DNA of 64,000 bases from Planctomycetota bacterium (GCA_029259745.1 JAJDEO010000002.1:53787-117786); one strand, 5' to 3'; positions 46,954 to 58,080 are shown, counted from the stretch's first letter. Notes: generated from the letters alone by a model not told the origin. A program made the numbers and translations.

Positions 46954-49900
46954 GTGACGATCGCTCGCCGATGACACGCGTCATCGGGTTCTTCCTCGGC
47001 AACCCGCTACTCGTCGCGCTCGCCACGGTGTTCGCGATCGGCTGGGGCGTGCTTGTTGCGCCGTTCGACTGGGACATCCCCGGCATCCCGCGCGACCCCG
47101 TGCCCGTCGACGCGATTCCCGACACAGGCGAGAACCAACAGATCGTCTTCACGGCGTGGCCGGGCCGCTCACCGCAAGACGTCGAAGATCAGATCTCGTA
47201 TCCGCTGACCGTCGCGCTGCTCGGCGTCCCCGGCGTCAAGAGCATCCGCAGCTCGTCGATGTTCGGCGTCTCGTCGGTGTTCGTGATCTTCGAAGACGAG
47301 ATCGAGTTCTATTGGTCGCGCAGTCGACTGCTCGAGAAGCTCGGAAGCCTGCCGCAGGGAACGCTTCCCGACGGCGTGCAGCCCGCTCTCGGGCCCGATG
47401 CGACGCCGCTCGGACAGGTCTTCTGGTACACGCTCGAAGGGCGTGACACCGACGGCAAGCCCACCGGCGGATGGGATCTGCACGAGCTGCGGTCGGCCCA
47501 GGACTGGCACGTCCGGTATGCACTTTCGAGCGTCGCCGGCGTGGCCGAGGTCGCGTCGATCGGTGGGTACGTGCAGGAGTATCAGATCGATGTCGACCCC
47601 GACGCGATGCGGGCGCATGGCGTGTCGCTCGAACGCGTCTTCGGGGCCGTGCGCAACTCGAACGTCGACGTCGGTGCGCGCACGATCGAGGTGAACCGGG
47701 CCGAGTACGTCGTGCGCGGGCTGGGCTTGATCGAGTCGCTGGAGGATCTCGAAGAGGTCGTCGTGGGAATGCGTGGCGACGTCCCGGTCACGGTGCGGCA
47801 GATCGCGAACGTCGCGCTCGGGCCGGCGCTGCGGCGCGGTGCGCTCGACAAGGGCGGGGCCGAGGCCGTGGGCGGCGTCGTCGTCGCGCGCCACGGCGCC
47901 AACCCCATGGCGACGATCGACGGCGTGAAGGCCAAGATCGCCGAGATCGCTCCGGGCCTGCCGTCCAAGGTGCTCGACGACGGCCGCGTCTCACGCGTCA
48001 CCGTCATTCCCTTCTACGATCGCTCGGGCCTCATCCGCGAGACGCTTGGCACGCTCAGCGATGCGCTCGAGCAGCAGATCCTCGTCACGATCCTCGTCGT
48101 GCTCGTGATGGTGGGGCACCTGCGCAGCGCCGTGCTCGTCTCGGGGCTGCTGCCGCTCGCCGTGCTCATCACGTTCATCATGATGAAGCACACGGGTGTC
48201 GACGCGAACGTCGTGGCGCTTTCCGGCATCGCCATCGCGATCGGCACGATGGTCGACGTCGGTATCGTGCTCACGGAGAGCATCCTGAACCACGTCGCGC
48301 CGGGACAAACCGTGCGCGAACGTCTCGATGCCGTGCGAACGGGCGCCGCCGAGGTGGGCAGCGCGGTGCTGACGGCCGTGCTGACGACCGTCATCAGCTT
48401 CCTGCCCGTCTTCACGATGGAAGGTGCCGAGGGCAAGCTCTTCGGCCCGCTGGCGGCCACGAAGACCTACGCGTTGATCGCGTCGATCTTCGTCGCGCTC
48501 GTCGTGATCCCGCCGGCGGCGTTGCTGATGCTCGGACGGGGACGCCGTGAGAACGATCGCAAGCCGGGTCTGCTCGGTGCGCTGCTCCTCGCGGCCACGG
48601 GCGCCCTCGCGTGGAATGTTCTCCACCCGGCACTCGGGGGCGCGCTCGTCGCCTACGCTGTCTGGCGCGTCATCGCTCCGCGCCTGCCCGCCATCGTGAT
48701 GCGCATTGCGTCGACGATTTTCGCGATCGTGGCCATCGCCGCCGTCGCGTGGTGGCTGGCTGAGCGTTGGGAGCCGCTCGGTCCTGGCAACGACACGCGC
48801 AACCTCATCTTCACGGTGACGACGATCGGCGGCGTGCTGCTCGCGTTCCGCCTGCTGGTGCTCGTGTACGTCCCGCTGCTTCGGATGTGTCTGCGCTTCA
48901 AGCTCACGTTCCTCATGCTGCCGACGCTCCTGATCGTCTTGGGGCTCTTCTCATGGCTCGGCTTCGCGCGCGTCGCGGGCCCACTCGCTCCGGCCGTCGC
49001 GCGTGTCTCGTCGTTCGTCTCCGAGGATGTCACGGCCAGTGATGTCGCACTTTCTCCGACATGGGTCTCGCTCGCTCACACCTTCCCGGGGCTCGGCAAA
49101 GAGTTCATGCCGTCGCTCGACGAGGGCTCGTTCCTGCTCATGCCGGTGACGATGGCCCACGCGTCGATCGGCGAGGCGTTCGACCTGCTCCAGCAGCAGG
49201 ACATGGCCATCCGCGCGATCCCGGAGGTCGACGAAGTCGTGGGCAAGATCGGGCGCGCCGAGACGGCCCTCGACCCGGCGCCGATCTCGATGGTCGAGAC
49301 GGTCATCACGTACCTGCCCGAGTTCGTGCTCGACGAGAATGGTCGTCCCCGACGCTTCGCCTACGACGACGAGCACGCGCGCTTCGTGCTCGACGACGAC
49401 GAACAGCTCGTGCCCGATGACGACGGGCGTCCCTTCCGGCAATGGCGCGATCACATCGAGTCGCCGTACGACATCTGGAAGCTGATCGAGAACGCCGCGG
49501 CCGTCCCCGGCATGACCACGGCCTCGATGCTCCAGCCCATCGAGACGCGGCGCATCATGCTGCAGACGGGCATGCGCGCCTCCATGGGCGTCAAGATCCG
49601 CGGCCCCGACCTTGAGAGCATCGAACGCGTCGCACTCGATTTCGAGCGCATGCTCAAGGACGTCCCGTCGATCCGCCCGGCCACCGTGCTCGCCGACCGC
49701 GTGATCGGCAAGCCGTACCTCGAGATCGACATCGACCGCCGCGCCATCGCGCGCTACGGCCTCTCGGTGCGCTCGGTGCAAGACGTCATCGAGGTGGCGA
49801 TCGGCGGCCGGCAGCTCACGACCACCGTGGAGGGCCGCGAGCGCTACCCCGTGCGCGTGCGCTACCAGCGCGAGCTGCGCGACGACATCGGCGACCTCGA

Positions 49901-50765
49901 GCGCATCCTCGTCAGCACGCCGATGGGCGCACACGTTCCGCTCGGTCAGCTCGCCGACATCCGCTACACGCCGGGACCGCAGCTCATCCGCAGCGAGGAC
50001 ACCTTCCTCACGGCTTACGTGATCTTCGACCGCCAGCCGGGCACGGCCGAGGTCGACGTCGTCGACGATGCCCGTGCGTACCTTGCCGAGCGCATCGACA
50101 GCGGCGCGTACCGCCTGCCGACCGGCGTCTCGTATCGCTTCGCCGGAGCCTATGAGAACCAGCAGCGCGCGGCGGCCACCCTGCGGGTCGTGCTCCCGCT
50201 CGCGCTGTTCTTGATCTTCGTGATCCTCTACCTGCAGTTCCGCTCGACGGTCACGACAGCGATCGTCTTCGCGGCTGTCTTCGTCGCATGGTCAGGCGGG
50301 TTCCTGATGCTCTGGCTCTACGGCCAAGACTGGTTCCTCGCCGACCCGATCGCGGGCGTCGACCTGCGCGGGCTGTTCGGCGTCGGGCCGCTCAATCTCA
50401 GCGTTGCCGTGTGGGTCGGGTTCCTCGCCCTCTTCGGTATCGCGACGGACGACGGCGTCATCATGGCCACCTACCTGCGCCAGACGCTCGCCAAGCGCCT
50501 GCCGACGAACCGCGCCGCGCTCCACGAGGCCGTCATCGAAGCCGGCGCCCGACGCATCCGGCCCTGCCTCATGACGACGGCCACGACCACGTTGGCACTC
50601 CTGCCCGTGCTCACGTCCACGGGCCGCGGCTCCGACGTCATGATCCCGATGGCCATCCCGTCGCTCGGCGGAATGACGGTCGCGATCATCACGATCTTCG
50701 TCGTCCCGGTGCTCCAGTGCGCCGTCGAGGAGCGCAAGCTCCGCCGCGGCATCGAGGCCGGTTGA
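46950..50765 (+). CDS. CusA/CzcA-family heavy-metal efflux RND transporter (1271 aa)
   Basis: RND 12-TM architecture with conserved periplasmic loops. About 200 aa longer than typical CusA because of an acidic insertion (..FAYDDEHARFVLDDDEQLVPDDDGRPF..). Confidence 0.8.
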   Translation: MSDDRSPMTRVIGFFLGNPLLVALATVFAIGWGVLVAPFDWDIPGIPRDPVPVDAIPDTGENQQIVFTAWPGRSPQDVEDQISYPLTVALLGVPGVKSIRSSSMFGVSSVFVIFEDEIEFYWSRSRLLEKLGSLPQGTLPDGVQPALGPDATPLGQVFWYTLEGRDTDGKPTGGWDLHELRSAQDWHVRYALSSVAGVAEVASIGGYVQEYQIDVDPDAMRAHGVSLERVFGAVRNSNVDVGARTIEVNRAEYVVRGLGLIESLEDLEEVVVGMRGDVPVTVRQIANVALGPALRRGALDKGGAEAVGGVVVARHGANPMATIDGVKAKIAEIAPGLPSKVLDDGRVSRVTVIPFYDRSGLIRETLGTLSDALEQQILVTILVVLVMVGHLRSAVLVSGLLPLAVLITFIMMKHTGVDANVVALSGIAIAIGTMVDVGIVLTESILNHVAPGQTVRERLDAVRTGAAEVGSAVLTAVLTTVISFLPVFTMEGAEGKLFGPLAATKTYALIASIFVALVVIPPAALLMLGRGRRENDRKPGLLGALLLAATGALAWNVLHPALGGALVAYAVWRVIAPRLPAIVMRIASTIFAIVAIAAVAWWLAERWEPLGPGNDTRNLIFTVTTIGGVLLAFRLLVLVYVPLLRMCLRFKLTFLMLPTLLIVLGLFSWLGFARVAGPLAPAVARVSSFVSEDVTASDVALSPTWVSLAHTFPGLGKEFMPSLDEGSFLLMPVTMAHASIGEAFDLLQQQDMAIRAIPEVDEVVGKIGRAETALDPAPISMVETVITYLPEFVLDENGRPRRFAYDDEHARFVLDDDEQLVPDDDGRPFRQWRDHIESPYDIWKLIENAAAVPGMTTASMLQPIETRRIMLQTGMRASMGVKIRGPDLESIERVALDFERMLKDVPSIRPATVLADRVIGKPYLEIDIDRRAIARYGLSVRSVQDVIEVAIGGRQLTTTVEGRERYPVRVRYQRELRDDIGDLERILVSTPMGAHVPLGQLADIRYTPGPQLIRSEDTFLTAYVIFDRQPGTAEVDVVDDARAYLAERIDSGAYRLPTGVSYRFAGAYENQQRAAATLRVVLPLALFLIFVILYLQFRSTVTTAIVFAAVFVAWSGGFLMLWLYGQDWFLADPIAGVDLRGLFGVGPLNLSVAVWVGFLALFGIATDDGVIMATYLRQTLAKRLPTNRAALHEAVIEAGARRIRPCLMTTATTTLALLPVLTSTGRGSDVMIPMAIPSLGGMTVAIITIFVVPVLQCAVEERKLRRGIEAG

Positions 50766-50929
50766 CACCTTGCTCTCGCGGAGGGCGGATCCCAGTCGTG
50801 ACAGCCCGGCTGCAATGCCCGTGCGCAGGCGCGCCGCAGTCGACATTTCGTGATCGTCCGGCCGGCGCGAATGCAGTGCCCGGCATCGCAGTCACGCGCT
50901 CGTGACGATCGTCCACGACGAACCCGGCC

Positions 50930-52261
50930 TCAGTCGGTCGTGCTCGGTTCCTCGTCCTTCCACTGCAGGAAGAAGCGCTCGCCCGCGAAGACGGTGACGA
51001 GGCAGACCGCAGCGGCGATGAGCACCGGTGGGTCGCTTCGACCTTTGGTGACGACGAGCGCACCCAGTGCGAGGGTGTCGAGCACGATGGCAGTGACGGG
51101 AACCCAGACGCGTAGCTCGAGCTCGTCCCGGAGATACCGCACGGCACCCCAGTGAATCGCGACGTCCATGACGAGGTACACGATCGCGCCGAGCGCCGCG
51201 ATCCGACCGAGGTCGAATGCGACGGTCAGGACCATGGCGAACACGATCGTGTAGACGATCGTATGTGTATGGACGTTGCCGGGCATCCCGAAGTGTCGAT
51301 GCGGCACGAGGTTCATCTTCGTGAGCATTGTCAGGATACGCGAGACGGCGAAGACGCTCGCGATGATGCCGGAGAGTGTTGCGAGGATTGCCAGTACGAC
51401 GGTCAGTGTGACGCCCGTGTCTCCGAACGCTGGTCGCGCCGCTTCGGCGAGGGCAAAGTCACGCGCCTGGACGATCTCCTCGATTGTCAGGCTGTTTGCG
51501 ACGGCGAGGGCGACGACCGCGTACGCGACGGTACAGATGGCGAGCGAGATCACGATCGCTCGTCCGACGTTCTTCTCCGGTTCGCGGATCTCCGCACCGC
51601 TCGTCGTGATCGTCGTGAAGCCCTTGTAGGCCAGGATCCCGATCGCCGTTGCCGGGAGGAGTCCCCAGAGCGACGACGTGTCCGAGACCGACGGCGCGTC
51701 GAGGCGCACGCCGGACGCCCAGAGTGCGGCGCCAGCGAACGCCATGATGCCTGCAATCTTGACGAACGCCATCGCGATCGAAAGACGTCCGATCAGCTTG
51801 TTCCCGGAGATGTTGACCACGAAGGCCACGAGCAGCAGTCCGACGCCGAGTGCAGGGACGAGCCACTCTTCGTCCTTGGCGTCGAAGAGCTGCAGCGTAT
51901 ACGTGCCGAACGTTCGGGCGACGAGGCTCTCGTTGATGACCATCGAGATGTACATGAGCAATGAACATGCGGCCGTGACCGTGCCCGGGCCATAGGCCTG
52001 CTTCAAGTACATGGCGATGCCACCGGCCGACGGATTGGCGTTCGACATCTTCACGTAGGTATACGAGCTGATGCCGCTGACGATCGCAGCGAGCACGAAC
52101 GCGATCGGAAACAGCGGTCCAGCCAGCTCGGCGAGTTGGCCCGTCAGCGCAAACACACCGGCGCCGATCATGACACCCGTTCCCATCGCAACGGCGCCGC
52201 CGAGTGACAGGCTGTCCTCCTCGAACGCGCCTTCGGGGCCCGAGTCGTGGTGGTCTTTCAC
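50930..52261 (-). CDS. APC-family amino-acid permease
   Basis: 12-TM APC pattern (GTGVMIGAGVFALTG...). Its start abuts the multicopper oxidase stop. Confidence 0.7.
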   Translation of the reverse strand: MKDHHDSGPEGAFEEDSLSLGGAVAMGTGVMIGAGVFALTGQLAELAGPLFPIAFVLAAIVSGISSYTYVKMSNANPSAGGIAMYLKQAYGPGTVTAACSLLMYISMVINESLVARTFGTYTLQLFDAKDEEWLVPALGVGLLLVAFVVNISGNKLIGRLSIAMAFVKIAGIMAFAGAALWASGVRLDAPSVSDTSSLWGLLPATAIGILAYKGFTTITTSGAEIREPEKNVGRAIVISLAICTVAYAVVALAVANSLTIEEIVQARDFALAEAARPAFGDTGVTLTVVLAILATLSGIIASVFAVSRILTMLTKMNLVPHRHFGMPGNVHTHTIVYTIVFAMVLTVAFDLGRIAALGAIVYLVMDVAIHWGAVRYLRDELELRVWVPVTAIVLDTLALGALVVTKGRSDPPVLIAAAVCLVTVFAGERFFLQWKDEEPSTTD

Positions 52262-53580
52262 GTCGCGTCGATCCCGTCACGCTCGAGCTGATCGTCCGAT
52301 GCCCGCTTGGCAGACGTTCCTGGCGGATGGTCGTACCAGCCGGGGTCTTCTCCGCGTGCGAGTGCGTCGTCGGAGAGCCCATCGCGCACCTTGATCACAC
52401 CCGCCATACCGCCGAGGCCGATCGGTGACTCGAACCCGCCGCGCGCCTTGGCCATCGGGATGCTGTTGTCGGGGATGGCCATGTGTCCGTCGGTCATGTC
52501 TTTCATGCCCTTCGCTCCCATCGTCATGTACCCCGGGATGACGGAGCGCACGCGTTCATCGAAGCCTTTGGCATCGAAGCCGATCATGTTCGGGAACGCG
52601 TGACCCATTTGGTTCATGACGTGGTGCGTCATGTGGCAGTGGAACGCCCAGTCGCCGGGGTAGATCGCATCGAACTCGATGTCGCGCGTCTCACCGACGC
52701 CCACGAGAGTTGTCACGCGCTTGCGCTGCTGGTCGGTGGGGATGCGTTGACCATCGACGGCGGTTTCGTGGAACTCGTATCCGTGGAGGTGCATCGGGTG
52801 ATGATCCATGGCGGAGAGATTGCCGATCCGGATGCGCACGCGTTGGCCCGTGCGTACGACGAGAGGTTCGAGGTAGGGGAACACGCGACCGTTCATCGTG
52901 AGGACGTTGAAGTCGCTCATCTCGTTGGGGTTCGGGCGTCGTGCCCCGGCGTCGATGCGCCACTCGTGAAGCATCAAGGCGAAGTCACGATCGACCGGCG
53001 GGTCGACGGCATCGCGCGGGTGGATGATGAACATGCCCGTCAACCCGAGTCCCTCTTGGGTCATCGTGTCGTGGTGGCTGTGGAACATGTACGTGCCGTT
53101 CTGCACGAGCTCGAACTCATACACCCAGGTTTCGCCCGGCGGGATCGGTTCTTGCGTGAGACCGCTCACGCCGTCCATGCCGTTGGGGAGGATGAAACCG
53201 TGCCAGTGAACGGTGGTGGGTGCGGGAAGTTCGTTCGTGACGTAGATGCGGACGATGTCGCCTTCGACCGCCTCGATCACCGGCCCGTTCACCTGACCGT
53301 TGTAGCCCCAGCAGAGCGCCGAAAGGCCCGGAGCGAACGAGTGCTCGAACTCCTTGGCGACGAGATGGAAGACCTTGGCGCCGGCACTGATGCGGAACGG
53401 AACCGTTGCACCACTCGGCACGATGACGGGGCGATAGTGCTCGTCGGGGAGCCCGAGCGGTTGCGCTGCGACGCGCGCTGTCGTCTCGGCCGTCTCTCCA
53501 GCGCTGGCGACACGCGAAGAGAGTGCAACCGCGGCGCCGACTGTTGCGCCGGAGAGGAGTAGTTCTCGTCGAGTGGGCAT
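52258..53580 (-). CDS. Multicopper oxidase (CopA/CueO-like) with a twin-arginine signal
   Basis: Copper-ligand motifs TVHWHGF, HPMHLHGYEF and AFHCHMTHHVM. Tat motif TRRELLL. Start preceded by AGGAGG; the track ORF extends to 53772. Confidence 0.85.
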   Translation of the reverse strand: MPTRRELLLSGATVGAAVALSSRVASAGETAETTARVAAQPLGLPDEHYRPVIVPSGATVPFRISAGAKVFHLVAKEFEHSFAPGLSALCWGYNGQVNGPVIEAVEGDIVRIYVTNELPAPTTVHWHGFILPNGMDGVSGLTQEPIPPGETWVYEFELVQNGTYMFHSHHDTMTQEGLGLTGMFIIHPRDAVDPPVDRDFALMLHEWRIDAGARRPNPNEMSDFNVLTMNGRVFPYLEPLVVRTGQRVRIRIGNLSAMDHHPMHLHGYEFHETAVDGQRIPTDQQRKRVTTLVGVGETRDIEFDAIYPGDWAFHCHMTHHVMNQMGHAFPNMIGFDAKGFDERVRSVIPGYMTMGAKGMKDMTDGHMAIPDNSIPMAKARGGFESPIGLGGMAGVIKVRDGLSDDALARGEDPGWYDHPPGTSAKRASDDQLERDGIDAT

Positions 53581-53584
53581 CGGT

Positions 53585-55006
53585 TCAGTGACCTCCTGAG
53601 GATGGATCGCCGCTTCCCGCCATGGCTGCTTCGTTCGCGGTCGTGGAGATGCCGAAGCGAGCTTGGGGGAGGCGACCGAGGAGTAGCGACTCGAGGCGGT
53701 TGCGCGCGATCCAGTGATCGCGGAGGCTCTCGACCGAAGAGCGCGCCGCGTCGATCTCACGGCGCCGCGCATCGAGGACTTGGAAGACCCCGATCTGCAT
53801 GGCGTTGAACTGCATCTGTGTCTGTTGGGTGATGCGCGAGCGCAGCGGCACGATCACGTCACGGAGGTAGCGACTGTTCTCCGACGTCGTGCTGCTCATG
53901 ATGAACGCTGCGCGAGCCGACCTGCGCAGTCTGATGGCGAGGGCGGTGTACTCGGCGTAGGCTTGCTCGAAGCGAGATCGAGCTTCCTCACCGGCTGCCT
54001 GTCCGTAGTCGAAGATCGGCAGCGAGAACGACACCAGCGGGCCGCCGCTCCAGGTTTCGTCGGCTTCCCGTTCCGCCGTGATGCCGGCCGAGAGCACGGG
54101 GAACGTCGCTTCGATCTCACGCAAGTCGACGGAGCGCCCCAAGGCCACGACGCGGCTGTGCATCGCCGCGAGGTCGAGACTCGCCGCGATGACGCTCGTC
54201 TCGACGTCCTCGGGTGCGATGGTGAGATCGGTCGGCATCGGGAGCCGCGGTGGCACCGTCCAGCGCGAGCCCGTCGCATCCCAGATCCCGAGCAGCGCAT
54301 TCATGTTCTCGCGCTGCTCGCCGGCACGAGCGAGCGCGGACACGAGCGCCGTTCTCGTTTCCTGGTGGAGCGCCTGCTCGGTGAGCACATCGAGCTCGAT
54401 GATGTTGCCGGCCTCGCGCAGTCGACGCGCCGCGTCGTAGCCGTAGTAGGTCGCGTCCGTCGCCGTGCGATAGAGTTCGACGAGTTCGAGCTGCGCTTGC
54501 AGGGTGCGATACGCGTCGCGCACTTCGGTTGCGAGGTCGAGGATCGCGGCCGTCACCTCCGCTTCCACTTGCTGATAGCGCGCGCTGGCGACGCTCTTCC
54601 TGCGCGGGATCAGGAGGACGTCGATGATGCTCTGGGTGAGGCCGAGTTCGAGGAGGTCACCGCCATCCGACTCGATGAACTGGACTTCGGCATCCATGAC
54701 CGGGTTCGGCAGCAGCGACGCCTGCCAGACCTCGGCACGCGCGATGTCGAGGTTCTCGAGGAGCGCTTGGAGCTGCGAGTTGTTCGCGATCGCGAGGCGC
54801 ACGGCTTCATCTGCCGTGAGCACGCCATCGGCCAGGATCGTCTCGATCGCGTCTGTCCGCGCCGAGGGATCGAGTGAGACCTCGATGCCAAGGCGCGCCT
54901 GAGCTTCGTCGCGCACCGCGGCGCGACGCTCCGCGGGGGGCGGTGTTGCACAGGCGGCGAGGGCTGCGCCCAGCATGCACACCGTCGCGGTGGCAGTCCT
55001 GTTCAT
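53585..55006 (-). CDS. Outer-membrane efflux protein (TolC/CusC family)
   Basis: Lipobox LGAALAAC with OEP repeats. It lies 5 bp upstream of the multicopper oxidase gene. Confidence 0.7.
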   Translation of the reverse strand: MNRTATATVCMLGAALAACATPPPAERRAAVRDEAQARLGIEVSLDPSARTDAIETILADGVLTADEAVRLAIANNSQLQALLENLDIARAEVWQASLLPNPVMDAEVQFIESDGGDLLELGLTQSIIDVLLIPRRKSVASARYQQVEAEVTAAILDLATEVRDAYRTLQAQLELVELYRTATDATYYGYDAARRLREAGNIIELDVLTEQALHQETRTALVSALARAGEQRENMNALLGIWDATGSRWTVPPRLPMPTDLTIAPEDVETSVIAASLDLAAMHSRVVALGRSVDLREIEATFPVLSAGITAEREADETWSGGPLVSFSLPIFDYGQAAGEEARSRFEQAYAEYTALAIRLRRSARAAFIMSSTTSENSRYLRDVIVPLRSRITQQTQMQFNAMQIGVFQVLDARRREIDAARSSVESLRDHWIARNRLESLLLGRLPQARFGISTTANEAAMAGSGDPSSGGH

Positions 55007-55374
55007 GGATGACCCCCGTGCTCGTGACGGGCGCCCTCGTGACGGGGCTCCGCTGCACGCGGGGCTGCCGGATCATCTTCGTGGCTTTCCATCGTGCCCG
55101 CCGGTTCCATGCCGTCACCAGGCATCGTTGAGTGCTCGCTGGACTCACCGGAGGAGCCGAGCAGCGGGGGCGCGAGGTCGAACGGGCTCGGCGCATGCAG
55201 CGCTCCCCCGGTCGTGTTCGAGGCCAGCGCGGGATGGCCTTCGGGGACCTCGAACTCGTAGGTGCTCGCGCAGCCCGAAATGCTTGCGAGGGCAATCGCC
55301 GCGAACGCTTGCGCGGCGCGCCGACGAGCGGTTCGAGACGGCGTTCGCGGTTGCGAGCAGGCCTGGCATTCCAT
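55003..55374 (-). CDS. Met/His-rich periplasmic lipoprotein (putative copper-binding)
   Basis: Lipobox LASISGCAS with C-terminal HSTMPGDGMEPAGTMESHEDD...RHEGARHEHGGHP. ATGA overlap with the downstream OMF gene. Start refined inside track ORF 55003..55545. Confidence 0.5.
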   Translation of the reverse strand: MECQACSQPRTPSRTARRRAAQAFAAIALASISGCASTYEFEVPEGHPALASNTTGGALHAPSPFDLAPPLLGSSGESSEHSTMPGDGMEPAGTMESHEDDPAAPRAAEPRHEGARHEHGGHP

Positions 55375-55441
55375 GAGAGCTCCTGTGATACGCGCGAGAG
55401 GAGATGCTATACCCGGGTTGGGTATAACGTCTGGAGCCAAC

Positions 55442-55735
55442 ATGTCGACCGAATCCGAGAGAAAGAAGCTCCTCGCTCGCCTGAGCCGCATCGAAGGCCA
55501 GGTAGGCGGAGTCAAGCGCATGGTGAACGAGGACAAGTACTGCATGGACGTTCTGCAGCAGATCTCGGCGATCCAGGGCGCTCTGGCTCAGGTCAGCAAG
55601 CAGCTTTTGCAGGGGCATCTGCGGACGTGCGTTCCGGCGGCGTTTCGCTCGAATGACGCCGAGTTGCAGGAGCAGATGGTCGCCGAGCTTGTCGATCTCT
55701 ATGCACGCACGCGGCGTGGGGGGCCATCCAAGTGA
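55442..55735 (+). CDS. csoR: CsoR/RcnR-family metal-sensing transcriptional repressor
   Basis: [39 protein letters not shown] with the conserved Cys and His ligands (C..H..C pattern). 97 aa. It overlaps the copA start. Confidence 0.8.
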   Translation: MSTESERKKLLARLSRIEGQVGGVKRMVNEDKYCMDVLQQISAIQGALAQVSKQLLQGHLRTCVPAAFRSNDAELQEQMVAELVDLYARTRRGGPSK

Positions 55736-58080
55736 CGTCGAACGACCATGATGTCGTCGAGCATGGTGCGACGACGAGCATCGATCCCGTCTGCGGGATG
55801 ACGGTGAAGGAAGAATCGGCGGCGGGACGTGTCGAACACGACGGTCACACGTATCTCTTCTGCTCGTTGGGCTGTCGTGACAAGTTTGCCGACGCGCCCG
55901 AGCGCTTCCTCGAGGACAAGGCGCAACCCGACGCTGCAGCCGAACACGACGTCCCGGCCGGTGCGGTCTACGTCTGCCCGATGCATCCCGAAGTGCGTCA
56001 GGTCGGTCCTGGCACGTGTCCGGTCTGCGGGATGGCGCTCGAGCCGGACTCACCCGCCGTTGAAGCCGATGACTCCGAACTCCGTGACATGCGGCGACGC
56101 TTCATCATTGCCGCGGCGTTGACGCTGCCGGTCGTCGTCGTCGCCATGGGCGACATGGTTCTTCCCGGGTCGCCGATCCACACGGCGCTCGGCACGCGTG
56201 TCGCGGGGATGATCGAGTTCGTGCTGACGACGCTTGTCGTCCTTTACGCGGGCTGGCCGCTGCTGGCGCGTGGCGTCGAGTCGGTGCGACGCCTGGCCCC
56301 GAACATGTTCACGCTGATCGCGATCGGGGTGATCGTCGCCCACGTGCACAGCACGCTGGCAGTCTTCGCGCCGAGCCTCTTCCCCGAGGCTTTCCGCGAT
56401 GCCGACGGGCGTGTCGGTCTCTACTTCGAGGCAGCTGCTGTCATCGTCACACTCGTCCTCCTTGGACAGGTCCTCGAGCTTCGAGCCCGCGCGAAGACGG
56501 GCTCCGCAATCCGTGCGTTGCTCGATCTCACGCCGAAGACCGCGCGACTCATCGACGGCGATGGTGAGCGTGATGTGCCGCTCGATGCCGTGGTGGTCGG
56601 CGACCGTTTGCGCATCCGCCCTGGCGAGAGCGTGCCGGTGGATGGCACGGTCGAGGAAGGCACGAGCAGCATCGACGAGTCGATGGTCTCGGGCGAGCCG
56701 ATGCCGGTCGAGAAGGGGCCGGGAGACAGCGTGATCGGTGGCACCGTGAACACGGCGGGGGCGCTCGTCGTCGCGGCGACCGAGGTGGGTGAGCGCACGC
56801 TGCTCGCAAGGATCGTGCAACTCGTGGCGACCGCACAGCGCAGTCGCGCACCCGTTCAATCCCTTGTCGACCGCGTGTCGGCATGGTTCGTGGTCACTGT
56901 GATCATCACCGCCGTGCTCGCGTTCATCCTGTGGTCGCTCTTCGGGCCCGCACCTTCCCTGGCCTACGCGCTGCTCGCATTCGTGTCGGTGCTCATCATC
57001 GCCTGCCCGTGCGCGCTCGGGCTCGCCACACCGATGTCGATCATGGTCGCCACAGGGAAGGGGGCACAGTCGGGCGTGCTCTTCCGCAATGCCGAGGCGA
57101 TCCAGACACTTCGCGACGTCGACGTCGTCGTGGTCGACAAGACGGGCACGCTCACGCTTGGAGCGCCGCGTTTCGATCGGGTGCTCGCGGCGCCCGGTTT
57201 CGCGAAGGACGAGGTGCTCGCCCATGCCGCAGGGCTCGAGATCGGCAGCGAGCACCCCCTGGCGTCTGCGGTGCTCGACGGCGCACGTGAGCGAGGCATC
57301 GAACCGACGGTCGTCACCAACTTCGCTTCCGTGACGGGGAAGGGTGTCTCAGGCACCCACGCGGGTCTGCGGCTTTCACTCGGGAACGCGTCGCTGATGA
57401 GTGACGTGGGCGCGAGTTCACCCGAGCTTGCCGACGAAGCGAAGGCCCTCCAGGACGAGGGCGCCACGGTGATGTTCCTCGCGGTGGACGGGGAGCTCGC
57501 CGGTGCTCTTTCCGTGTCCGATCCGATCAAAGAAACGACTCCGCGTGCGCTCGTGCAGCTGCGTGAGCACGGACTCCGCGTCATCATGCTCACGGGTGAC
57601 AACGAGCGCACGGCCCGGGCCGTCGCCGCGAAGCTCGGCATCGATGACGTCTTCGCGGATGCCCTCCCCGACGACAAGCTCCGGCTCATCGAGCGCTTGC
57701 AGAGCGAAGGGCAGCGCGTCGCGATGGCCGGCGACGGCATCAACGACTCGCCTGCGCTGGCCCAGGCAGACGTCGGCATCGCCATGGGAACGGGCACGGA
57801 CATCGCGATGGAGAGCGCGGACGTGACGCTCGTGCGCGGGAGCCTTGGCGGCATTGCGGTCGCCCGTCGGCTGAGCGAGCTGACGATGCGGAACCTCAAG
57901 CAGAACCTCGCGTTCGCGTTCGGCTACAACGCGATCGGCGTTCCGATCGCCGCCGGTGCGCTCTACCCCGTCACCGGCTGGCTGCTGAGCCCGATGTTCG
58001 CTGCCGCAGCGATGAGCCTGAGTTCGGTCTCCGTGATCGCCAACGCGCTGCGCCTACGAGCTGTGAAGCTCGAGCGGTGA
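55732..58080 (+). CDS. copA: Copper-translocating P1B-type ATPase with N-terminal YHS/TRASH and CPMHP-type metal-binding domains
   Basis: DPVCGMTV...FCSLGC (YHS), [25 protein letters not shown] motif [20 protein letters not shown] and [10 protein letters not shown]. Confidence 0.9.
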   Translation: MTSNDHDVVEHGATTSIDPVCGMTVKEESAAGRVEHDGHTYLFCSLGCRDKFADAPERFLEDKAQPDAAAEHDVPAGAVYVCPMHPEVRQVGPGTCPVCGMALEPDSPAVEADDSELRDMRRRFIIAAALTLPVVVVAMGDMVLPGSPIHTALGTRVAGMIEFVLTTLVVLYAGWPLLARGVESVRRLAPNMFTLIAIGVIVAHVHSTLAVFAPSLFPEAFRDADGRVGLYFEAAAVIVTLVLLGQVLELRARAKTGSAIRALLDLTPKTARLIDGDGERDVPLDAVVVGDRLRIRPGESVPVDGTVEEGTSSIDESMVSGEPMPVEKGPGDSVIGGTVNTAGALVVAATEVGERTLLARIVQLVATAQRSRAPVQSLVDRVSAWFVVTVIITAVLAFILWSLFGPAPSLAYALLAFVSVLIIACPCALGLATPMSIMVATGKGAQSGVLFRNAEAIQTLRDVDVVVVDKTGTLTLGAPRFDRVLAAPGFAKDEVLAHAAGLEIGSEHPLASAVLDGARERGIEPTVVTNFASVTGKGVSGTHAGLRLSLGNASLMSDVGASSPELADEAKALQDEGATVMFLAVDGELAGALSVSDPIKETTPRALVQLREHGLRVIMLTGDNERTARAVAAKLGIDDVFADALPDDKLRLIERLQSEGQRVAMAGDGINDSPALAQADVGIAMGTGTDIAMESADVTLVRGSLGGIAVARRLSELTMRNLKQNLAFAFGYNAIGVPIAAGALYPVTGWLLSPMFAAAAMSLSSVSVIANALRLRAVKLER

